Positions 55,428-64,000 of a DNA stretch of 64,000 bases are shown in pieces; within the stretch, counting starts at the first letter, position 1; each line of letters begins with the position of its first letter. The notes below the pieces were generated by a model. It was not told the DNA's origin and ran no database searches. It saw nothing but the letters and a program-made list of their open reading frames with translations. Both the position numbers and the translations under genes were made by a program. The DNA is from an uncultured virus (IMG/VR IMGVR_UViG_3300037493_005394). Taxonomy: Duplodnaviria > Heunggongvirae > Uroviricota > Caudoviricetes. The stretch lies in the IMG/VR virus record IMGVR_UViG_3300037493_005394. One strand, 5' to 3'.

Positions 55428-57836
55428 ATGGAAGCCAACACGATCATCACCCTCGCTGCCCTCGCCGCTCTCCCCGCCGACGCCCTGCGCGCCCTCGCCC
55501 AGCAACTGCACGCGGCCGTGCGCGCCCTCGCGGGCGTCTGCGACGGTGCAAAATCTAAGGACGATCGGGGGTTCAGCGCCAGCGACACGGCCTATGGCAA
55601 GGCCATCGCGGCGGTAGCCCCCGAGGCCTGGACGGCCGAGGACGTAGCGGCCGTGGCGGCCCTCTGCCGTACCTATAAGGGGCAGCTCGCGGGGTTCGGC
55701 CTCGACGTGGAGGCGTTACCCCGCGTCGACGTCGATCGGCGGGCCAATTACGAGCACTTTAGAGCACGTGTGGCGGCGGCAGCGCGCAAGGCCGTGCAGG
55801 CGGCCTATGTCGCCAGCGCGGGGACCGCAGCAGATCGTACGCGGGCGGCGGATCTCGCGTGCCTCGCGTGGGTGGAGGGGCAGGAGCTGGTCTTCCAGAC
55901 GCCGTATGACGTGGCTTTCGTCGCGGCGGTCAAGGCGTGCGAGGGGCGCCGCTGGGACGGCATGTACTGGCGCGTGGCCATGCGGCCCAATGCGGGGGCC
56001 CTCCTTGCCCTCCTCGACACGTTCGAGGTCGCCTGCCCGGCGGAGGCCCGCGCCCTGCTCCAGGCTCATGCGGCGGATGCGGCGGCCCCCAAGGCCGAGG
56101 CCCCCAAGGCCGACCACGTGACCCTCGTGGACGGTCAGATTATCCTGCGCACCCCCTACAGCCCCGAGGCCACCGCGGCGATCAAGGCCCTGCAGGGCCG
56201 CCGCTGGGACGGCGAGCGCAAGGTGTGGGTCGTCACGGCGACGGCGGAGAACTGCACGGCGGTCCAGGCCCTCGCGGGCCGCTTCAACTGGCGCGTGGCG
56301 GCGGCGGTGGCCACGTTCGGGCAGGCGATGGTGGCCCAGGCCCTAGCCAACGTCGAGGCGAGCCGCGCGGCCGACGCCGAGGTGACCCTGAGCGGGTTGG
56401 CTGCTGGCGTCACCCCCTACCCCTTCCAGCGCGCCGGCATCGCCTACGCCGTGGCCAACCGTAACGTCCTAATCGCTGATGATGTTGGCTTAGGAAAATC
56501 TCCACAGTCCATGATCACGGTCGAGCAGCTCGGCGCCTACCCCTGCCTCGTGGTCGCCCCGAAGGCGGTCAAGCGCCAGTGGCGCAAGGAGATCATCAAG
56601 TTCCTCACCGGCCGCACCTCCAGCGAGGTCAACGGCAAGATCGACCTCAGCGGCGACTTCGTGATCGTGAATTACGCCCAGCTCAGCAAGCTGACCGTCG
56701 CCGTCCATGTGCCGGGTAAGGGTGGCGCGATGCGCACGGTGTACGAGCCCACTCCCGAGGTCGTGGCGCGTGGCTTCCGATCGATCATTGTCGACGAGTG
56801 TCAAGCATGCAAGGACGGGCAGTCGCTTCAGAGTAAGCGCGTTAAGGGCCTTGCGGGCCTTCCCGGCCTTCAGTGCCGCTTGCTCCTCACCGCGACCCCG
56901 ATCATGAACCGCCCCGTGGAGCTGGTGCATCAACTCGACGTGCTCGGGCGCCTCGGCGAGTTCGGCGGCTTCTGGGCGTTCGTGAAGCAGTATTGCAAGG
57001 CCACGCAGGGCCGCTACGGGTGGGACCTCAGCGGCGCCAGCAACCTCGGCGAGCTGAACCGCCGTCTGCGCGCGACCTGCATGGTGCGCCGCGAGAAGGC
57101 GGACGTTGTGAAAGAGTTGCCGGCCCTCCAGCGGACCGTGGTGCCCTGTGAGATCCGGGACAAGGCCGCCTTCGCGGACGCCATGTGCGACGCCATCGCG
57201 TGGCTCCGCGAGGCCAAGGGCTCGCTATCGGAGCGCGCGTTCCACGCCGAGGCCCTGGTGAAGATCAACGCCCTCCGCCAGATGGCCGCCGAGTTTAAGC
57301 TTGCCAGCGCGGTCGACTGGATCGAGGCGTGGCTTGACGGCGCCGAGGGGCAGAAGCTCGTGGTGTTCGCGCACCACCGGGACATCCAGGCCAAGCTCGC
57401 GGCGGCCCTCGCCCCCTACGGGGCCGTGGCCCTCAGCGGGGAGAGCACGGACCGCGAGCGCGCGGACGCCGTGGACCGCTTCTGGAAGGATCCTGCGTGC
57501 CGCGTGATCGTGTGCAGCCTCAAGGCCGCCGGCGTGGGCCTGAACCTCCAGTGTGCGGGGACCGTGGCCTTCGTGGAGTTCGGGTGGCACGCCGCGGACA
57601 TGAACCAGGCCGAGGGGCGTGTGCACCGCATCGGCAGCGAGGCCGAGTCGATCAACTCTTACTGGCTCGCTGGTGAGGACACGTTCGACACTGACATGAT
57701 CGAGCTGATCGAGAGCAAGCGCGCGGTGGCTGACGCCGCGGTGATCGGGGCGGGGGGCGCGGAGGCCGTGCAGGACGTGGTGGCGTGGTTCGCGGGGCTC
57801 GCCACGCGGTTTATGGTGGCCCAGGGCCGCGAGTAG
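55428..57836 (+). CDS. SNF2-family helicase with two HARP-like domains (SMARCAL1-like)
   Basis: AGGAGG RBS; two TPY..AxxK..GRRWDG repeats, DDVGLGKS, DECQ, TATP, QAEGRVHRIG. Confidence 0.9.
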   Translation: MEANTIITLAALAALPADALRALAQQLHAAVRALAGVCDGAKSKDDRGFSASDTAYGKAIAAVAPEAWTAEDVAAVAALCRTYKGQLAGFGLDVEALPRVDVDRRANYEHFRARVAAAARKAVQAAYVASAGTAADRTRAADLACLAWVEGQELVFQTPYDVAFVAAVKACEGRRWDGMYWRVAMRPNAGALLALLDTFEVACPAEARALLQAHAADAAAPKAEAPKADHVTLVDGQIILRTPYSPEATAAIKALQGRRWDGERKVWVVTATAENCTAVQALAGRFNWRVAAAVATFGQAMVAQALANVEASRAADAEVTLSGLAAGVTPYPFQRAGIAYAVANRNVLIADDVGLGKSPQSMITVEQLGAYPCLVVAPKAVKRQWRKEIIKFLTGRTSSEVNGKIDLSGDFVIVNYAQLSKLTVAVHVPGKGGAMRTVYEPTPEVVARGFRSIIVDECQACKDGQSLQSKRVKGLAGLPGLQCRLLLTATPIMNRPVELVHQLDVLGRLGEFGGFWAFVKQYCKATQGRYGWDLSGASNLGELNRRLRATCMVRREKADVVKELPALQRTVVPCEIRDKAAFADAMCDAIAWLREAKGSLSERAFHAEALVKINALRQMAAEFKLASAVDWIEAWLDGAEGQKLVVFAHHRDIQAKLAAALAPYGAVALSGESTDRERADAVDRFWKDPACRVIVCSLKAAGVGLNLQCAGTVAFVEFGWHAADMNQAEGRVHRIGSEAESINSYWLAGEDTFDTDMIELIESKRAVADAAVIGAGGAEAVQDVVAWFAGLATRFMVAQGRE

Positions 57837-57902
57837 TTGACAAACCGGGCGGGGCGTGCTAACGCCTTTGCAGGCCCTAGGGGCCAGGGGGGGAGGATCA
57901 TC

Positions 57903-58560
57903 ATGGATGCGCAGGGCACACGGATGCTAGAGCATGAGGGTAAGTTCGTGGGGCGCCGCGCCTGCGTGCTGCGGGGCGGCCCCATGTGGGCGGGTCTCCT
58001 CGCGGCGGAGCACGGGGACAAGCCGGCGGCGCTAGTGGCCGAGGTCGAGGTGGGGCGGGATCGGATCGCGCGGGCCGTCGTGGCGGCGGCGCTGCGGGGG
58101 CGGGCATGACGCCCTGGGAGTGGATGCGTTCGCCCGCGCATGCGCATGCGCAGGAAGAGGTCTTGTTGGAGGCGCATGCCTTCCTTGACTATATGCGGGT
58201 GCACTGGGCTGAGGTGGCGCCGTGCTCCTGCCACCAGATCGAGGGGCACGCCCCGGACTGCGCCTACGAGCGCACGACGGAGTGCCTGCGTGTGGCTTTT
58301 TTTGCGGCGCGCGCGGATGCCTGATGGACCGCGTGCTGAGCTGGAAGGATGCCCTCGCGGTCTACAAGGCCGTGCGGGGGTACGCGGGGGCCCTGACCCC
58401 CGAGGAGCGGCGGACCATGGTGGAGGCCCAGGGGGCCCTCTTGGGGCGCTGCTGCGGGCAGACGAACCCCATGAGCCGGGCGCAGCTCGACGCCGTGCTG
58501 GCCATCGGCGCCAAGGCGCTGGCGTACGCGCATGCGCACGGGATCGGGATCCCGCGCTGA
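57903..58560 (+). other. three small coupled ORFs (57903..58109, 58106..58324, 58324..58560)
   Basis: ATGA/TGATG overlaps downstream of the promoter at 57837. Confidence 0.5.
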
Positions 58561-58612
58561 ACGGTGGCAGGTTGCGCGCGGGGCTCCCCGCGCAGAGGCT
58601 GGAGGTTGAACG

Positions 58613-59260
58613 ATGCAGTGGCAGGCCAACATCCCCGAGGGGCAGGCCGGGGCGTGGCGCGTGGAGCGCTACGCGGTGTCGCCGGACGACGCGCGGTTCG
58701 ACATGCTGATGTCGGCCGTCAAGGGGTATCGGCGTGGGGTCTCCCCGGGCACCTACACGCGCCTCGTGCGCGGGGACACCCTCGTAATGAGCGACACGCC
58801 GGATGAGCGGCGCGACCATCACGAGGCCGTGCGCCGGGCCACGGGGGAGTGCCTCGTGTTCGGGCTCGGCCTCGGGCTCGTGGTCGAGGCCATGCTGGCG
58901 CGGCCCGAGGTGACGGGCGTCACGGTCGTGGAGCTGGCCCCCGAGGTGATCGCCCTCGTGGCGCCGACGCTGCAGGAGCGCTGGGGCCCTCGCCTGGCGA
59001 TCGTGGAGGGGGACGCTCTCACCTACCGCCTCCCGCGGGCTGCGGGGCGCGGCCCCCACTACGGGGTGGTGTGGGCCGACATCTGGGACCACATCTGTGC
59101 GGAGAACCTGCCAGACATGGCCGCGCTGCGGCGCTACTGGCGCCCGCGGGCGGTCTGGGCGGACTGCTGGGCGCGGGGCCCGTGCCAGCGCGCGGCCCGC
59201 GCTGAGGTGCGTGATCAGCGGCGGTACAGCTCCATCTGGGGCAGGGGGGCGACATGCTAA
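58613..59260 (+). CDS. class I SAM-dependent methyltransferase, spermidine-synthase-like fold
   Basis: LVFGLGLGL, VTVVELAPEVI, VEGDA, WADIWD. Confidence 0.75.
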   Translation: MQWQANIPEGQAGAWRVERYAVSPDDARFDMLMSAVKGYRRGVSPGTYTRLVRGDTLVMSDTPDERRDHHEAVRRATGECLVFGLGLGLVVEAMLARPEVTGVTVVELAPEVIALVAPTLQERWGPRLAIVEGDALTYRLPRAAGRGPHYGVVWADIWDHICAENLPDMAALRRYWRPRAVWADCWARGPCQRAARAEVRDQRRYSSIWGRGATC

Positions 59261-62200
59261 TCACGTGGAGCGGATTGTGGGCGTGCTATCGCGCGCGGGT
59301 GCTCGGGACTCTGGCGATCCTCGCGCTGTGCGCGGTGCCCCTGGTCTTCCAGCCGGCGCCCGTGCGGGCCTCCGAGGGGCCGCCGGCCGAGCTGCGGGAC
59401 GTGGTGAGCGCGCTGAAGGACATCAACGGGGCGCTGCGGGACGTGGCCGAGGGGCTGCGGGCCGTGGAGCGCGCCCTCAAGGAGAGCAAGCGATGAGCGA
59501 CAGGGAGCAGGATGCGGTGGCCTCGGTGGGGCAGGACGAGGCCCCTCCAGAGGAGGGCGTGCAGGCGCTGGCAGATCTTACGCGGCAGCTGAACGAGCTG
59601 GTGCAGGCCATGGTCGAGCAGGAGCAGGTCGGGGTCCTGGAGCTGCGCGCGGGCGAGGTGGAGGCCTGGACCCGCACGGTGCTGGCGTTGATCTTGGAGG
59701 TCATGCCCGCGATCATCCGCTGGGAGGGGCTGGCGGACATCGTGTTGGCGGTTCACGCGGATCGCAAGGGGGGCCGATGAAGGTGTGCGCGGGGTGCCGG
59801 GTGGAGTTGCGGTGCCAGAAGAACGGCGTCGTGGTGCGCATGCGCAGCACGGGCTACTGCCTGCGGGGGGACGTCTTCGAGTGCCCGGCGTGCGGGGCGC
59901 GCACGATTATCACGGCTAGCGCGGGCTACACCGAGGAGGTCACCCTAGTGGGGGAGATCTACTACGACTTGCAGGAGCGCGGGACATGACGCGGGCCATC
60001 TGCGCTTACCTCGACCCTGGCGGCGTCCTCTACTGCGTGGACTGCCTGCACCAGCATGGGCGGCTGGAGGAGGCCCAAGCGGGGCGCGGATCGGCCCCGT
60101 GGGTCCGCGTGTACAGCGATGGGCGGCCCCCTCGCGAGGATCCCTGCGCGGGCTGTGGCCTCCTCGTCGGCGAGGTGGGGCTATGATGGATGAAGAAAAG
60201 CGGTTGGCGTGGGTGCGGGGATTGCGCAAGGGCGATTCCGTCTTGGTTTGTTCTTTAGGGTCGATGAAACACTGGATGGGTAGGGTGATGGGGCTCGGCC
60301 CCAAGGCGTTCATGGTGGCATTGGTCTTTGAGGATGGAAAGCCTAATGAGAGGTGTCGCCGGTACAGTCGGGAAACCGGATGTGCGATGGGGAAAGGTCC
60401 GGCTCAATTGGTAGAGCCGACGCCAGATCGGGTTGCCTTGGCTGGGTATCTTAAAGGAAGTCGGGGGTATTGATGGATGAAGAAAAGCGGGTGGCGTGGG
60501 TCAGGGGGTTACGCAAGACTCACAAGGTGATGCTCTATAGGAGCCATGATGGGATCGGATGATTTCCGAACGCTGAACGAGTCCAAGACGGGGGCTGACG
60601 CTGCGCAGGCGCACGAGTGTCGGATGTTCCGGGCGCGGGCGCTCCTAGTGTGGATGGAGCACGAGAACCAGATGGCGGCCCGTGAAGTGGCCCTTGAGGG
60701 TTGGCTGAGCGACCATACGGCGGCGCTCGCCGCCCTAGACGCCGAGCTGCAGGCGCTGCTGAAGGAGGACGCATGACGGCGCTTTATCCGACCGATTCGT
60801 TGCCGCCGTTGCCCGACATGTCAGACCACGTTCCGCCGGTCCCGAAGAAGCCGCTCGTCGACTGGGGGTTCGCCTGCGGGCGGCACTACCTCACGGTCGC
60901 GGGGTACATCGTTGCGATGGAGGGGGATCCCATCCGGGACGCGGACGTGTTCGCCCTGCAGAGCGAGGCGGCGCGGAAGTTGGGCTGGAAGGGCTGGGAC
61001 GGGGAGGCGATTAAGGCGGTCTGCGCGGTGGCCAACAAGGCGCAACCATGACGCAATTTAATCGGTTTTTGGTGGTTGTCACGTTTGTTGCCGCGGGCTG
61101 TGTGTGCGGAATAGGCTGGAGATGCGCGCAAACGCAGACCGCTAGCGTTGAGAATGTGTCGTCAGAATCGATCAAGGATCTAAAGATACGACTCTATAAA
61201 ATGACGCGGGACGCCACGCAGTTTCATAGGGAGCTGGAGGCGTGCCAGCGGGCGAAGGGTGTCGAGTGGCGAGAGCGTATGGAGGCAGTCTGTGCGGAGT
61301 ACAAGTTCGAGGTGATGCCATGAAAAAAGCTAGGACCCACATTAGCATGCTTGGATGTGCGCCAGTGCTACAGATCGAGCAACCACTGGCCGACGGCACC
61401 ACCGGGTGGCGCAAGGTTTACTGCCCACTGTCATCTAGTTCCGACGGTGACCCCTGCGGGGAATGGTGCGTGTGGTTTGATGTGGACGTGCGTGACTGTG
61501 ATGCAAGCGCAGGGCTGGCAGAGCGAAAACTGGTCACTTGCAAAGGGACGCCCATCGCAGAACTGGTGGATGGAATGGATCCGGTGACGCCATGATGGGG
61601 CCAGGGTTCGCGGCGCATGTGGGAGCAGCCGCCGTTCAGCGGGTAGCGATAGTCACGCTCGCAATCGTGGGGATCAGCGGGGGTATGGGGGTCGCGTTGT
61701 TGGGGTACGCAAGGTTCGACGAGAGGGCCACCACGGCGGAGACTGAGAAAGCCATGTTGCAAAAACGCCTCGACGCGGTGCAAAAACGCCTCGACGCGGT
61801 GCAAAAACGCCTCGACGCGGTGCAAAAACGCCTCGCGGAGGTGGAGGGATTGCTGGATGGGTGCCAGCAGGACCTGGTGGACCAGGGGATCACGGCGAAC
61901 GCGCGGCTGCTGGATTGCCAGAAGGCGACGACGGAGAACATCCGGCGCCACTGCGGGTCGTTGTGCGCCAAGTGTTACGTGCTCGTGCGGGACGTCGAGG
62001 AGGACCTCACGGGGATCCTCGACAAGCGGTGGCGGGTCAGTGCTGAGGTGCTGCCATGATGGAGGATTCGCTCCCCGTTGAATACTGCGACTGCGCGGCG
62101 TGCAAGATGCTCCTTGCCATGGATGCGTTAGCGGACCGTGTCTTGGCGTTAAGGCGGGCGTGTGGTGTCGTTGATAGGTTTGTAAAGCGCCCGTGGCCCC

Positions 62201-62816
62201 GCCAGCATAAGGGGTGCTGTCGTTCCTCGGAAAGGTTGGAGTGGATGTACCGCATGACCCAACCGATTCGAGGGCGTATCCCGGAGGAGGGCGAACATGG
62301 GCAGGCGCAAGCTACGGCCGCGCAGGCGGTGCAGTGTTACCCCAACGACCACGACGACGATGACGACGTGTAAGCGGTGCGGGGCGCTCTTCTCCTCGGG
62401 GTTGGTCGTGTGCTCCGTGCCGTTGGGGGGCACGTCGCCGACGCAGACGGACAACGAGTGGGGGAGCCGGATCCAGATGCGGCCGGGGGAGTGCCCCCGG
62501 TGCGGGCACATCACCGCGAGGAGGCAGCATGTTCAATAAGAAGCAGTGGCACATCTGGCGGGCGACCTGCGGGGGGCGCGCGGTGGACGTCGTGGCGTGC
62601 GGGGGCCAGCAGGCGCGCAAGGTCGCCGCGGCCCTCTGGATGGTGCGCTACGCCGAGGTCGGGGCGGCGTGCGTCTCGCGGGGGCTGTCCTGTGCGGAGG
62701 GGCACGGGCCACGCCTCGCCCCGGAGGGCCTGGTCGAGCGCTTTGCGCGGGAGGCCCCGCCGCCCCTGTACCGGCCCCGCCTGGTGCGCGTTGACAAACC
62801 GCGTGCGATGCGCTAA
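59254..62816 (+). other. run of small, mostly coupled hypothetical ORFs (59254, 59493, 59777, 59986, 60183, 60546, 60773, 61048, 61320, 61592, 62529 and others)
   Basis: Chains of ATGA overlaps; several CxxC Zn-ribbon and TM plus coiled-coil proteins. Frame choice at 62056-62539 is uncertain. Confidence 0.5.
61758..61835 (+). repeat. 21-bp tandem repeat, 3.7 copies, encoding heptad QKRLDAV
   Basis: TGCAAAAACGCCTCGACGCGG x3 plus a 15-nt partial copy. Confidence 0.95.
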
Positions 62817-62883
62817 CTTTCTCGGTGGAGCCATAGGCTCTACTGACAACCCAGGCGCCTGGCGCCGGAAAGGGCTCTGAGCC

Positions 62884-63129
62884 ATGAACAACATCTCTAA
62901 GCACTACTACCAAGCGGGCGCCTGTAACAGCAGCACGTTAACCTCCCCTCCTGATCGCTGTTGCGGGGCGTGCGAGGCCCTGGCGTGGCGGCCCACGCTG
63001 GCGGGGGCCGTGTACTACTGCGGCTTGAACAAGGAAGAGTTGGTGGTCGAGGATGGGGGGGATGACGAGGTGCGCCCCTCGTTCGCGCGTAGCATGATGT
63101 GCTTGATGAGGGGTTGGAAGGAAAACTAG
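62884..63129 (+). CDS. small Cys-rich protein whose C-terminus is altered by the downstream insertion
   Basis: Follows promoter 62791; the reconstructed empty allele would end GWKEGEAAL*. Confidence 0.55.
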   Translation: MNNISKHYYQAGACNSSTLTSPPDRCCGACEALAWRPTLAGAVYYCGLNKEELVVEDGGDDEVRPSFARSMMCLMRGWKEN

Positions 63130-63311
63130 GATTAACAAGATCACGCAAGCGAAGCACTTACCGCCAGTTCGGCGGGACGTAAAGCCTGTGGAGAGGACTG
63201 CGCTGGCGGGCGTTCAACGACGCGCGTGAAACGGACCTTGGTGAAGCAGGAAGCAAGCGCTGGACTGTCGTTAGACAGTTTGGGTTAGTCTTGCAGAACG
63301 GTTGGAAGGAA
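63112..63311 (+). mobile_element. omegaRNA-only IS607-type mini-element flanked by direct repeat GGTTGGAAGGAA
   Basis: Repeat at 63112-63123 and 63300-63311; scaffold blocks CCGCC/GGCGG, GCCTGTGGAGA, GTGAAAC, GAAGCAGGAA; ends AGAACGG; no tnpB ORF. Confidence 0.75.
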
Positions 63312-63325
63312 GGAGAGGCGGCATT

Positions 63326-63883
63326 ATGAAGGGCGACGTGGGCATCGAGGAAGTGATCGTGCAGCACGTGCTGCAGTGGATCCCGGTGGAGGGGGGGGCC
63401 GAGGCGATGCGGGAGCAGCACGCGCGGGGGCTCCTCACGGCGGAGGCGCGCGATGGGCTCCTGCGCACCTGGGCGTTCGCGCTGATGGAGCGGCGCTTCG
63501 AGCGCTACCACAAGCTGGGGCCGCGGGACGTGCGTCACGGGATCACGGGGACGGGAACCTGCCGGGGGTATGAACCCGACGCCATGCTCGTGGACTACCA
63601 CGTGGAGCAGGCGGCTGAGGGTCGGGGCTTCTCGGTCGAGGGCTTCGCGGCGCTGAAGGTCGCGGAGGCCGTGGTGGCCGAGTGGGAGTTGGTGTGCGGG
63701 CTCACGCTACCGGGGCTCGCGCTGCTGGTGGAGCCCATCGTCCACGTGGCGCAGTGCAGCGGGTGCGGCAAGGATGCGGGGCGCGAGGCGATCCGCGCGA
63801 CGTTGCAACTCCCTGGTGGCCGGCGCCTCACGCGCGAGTACCTGGCCACGCTGGCCAAGGCGCGGGCGGCGGGGATCGCATGA
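63326..63883 (+). CDS. hypothetical protein
   Basis: AAGGAG RBS before ATG 63326; ATGA overlap with a next ORF that runs off the window. Confidence 0.55.
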   Translation: MKGDVGIEEVIVQHVLQWIPVEGGAEAMREQHARGLLTAEARDGLLRTWAFALMERRFERYHKLGPRDVRHGITGTGTCRGYEPDAMLVDYHVEQAAEGRGFSVEGFAALKVAEAVVAEWELVCGLTLPGLALLVEPIVHVAQCSGCGKDAGREAIRATLQLPGGRRLTREYLATLAKARAAGIA

Positions 63884-64000
63884 CAACGGCGCGTATTTTG
63901 GCGTTGGCCGTGGTGGCCGTTGTGGGGGTGGTCTTTATGGCGTTCGGGGGCGCGTTGTTTGTGGGGCAGGACAATGGGCGAGCGGGCAATGCGCTGTTGT

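Noticed and set aside
59835..59846. Additional copy of the dispersed palindrome (TGCGCATGCGCA)
   Set aside because: Only a partial match within coding sequence; does not fit the 16-bp consensus.

Overview
A GC-rich segment of a large tailed-phage genome, probably myovirus-like, with almost every gene on the + strand. No tRNA, rRNA, CRISPR array or reverse transcriptase was recognised. 1-31 kb is a tail module: four paralogous virion-type proteins, modular fibres, a glycine-rich adhesin, a 7x LamG protein, and baseplate-, collar- and tube-like proteins. 29-40 kb holds 12 ORFs sharing an N-terminal 'MRxL(I/L/M/V)E' leader that resembles a capsid-targeting peptide. 40-64 kb holds Bro-N/antirepressor genes, an origin-like non-coding tract, ASCH, dTMP kinase, a DNA methyltransferase, a HARP-SNF2 helicase and many small ORFs. 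Best leads: (1) a 768-bp in-frame insertion just after the methyltransferase DPPY motif whose antisense strand encodes a complete Zn-finger/Vsr-like endonuclease with its own promoter; (2) three transposase-less IS607-type elements (two intact tnpB, one omegaRNA-only), each flanked by an 8-12 bp direct repeat matching the start of its own guide and sitting at an RBS or gene junction; (3) ten dispersed copies of a 16-bp palindrome GCGYAYGCGCRTRCGC; (4) the shared-leader protein cluster; (5) a probable twin-hairpin ncRNA. All calls are by eye from motifs; no searches were run.
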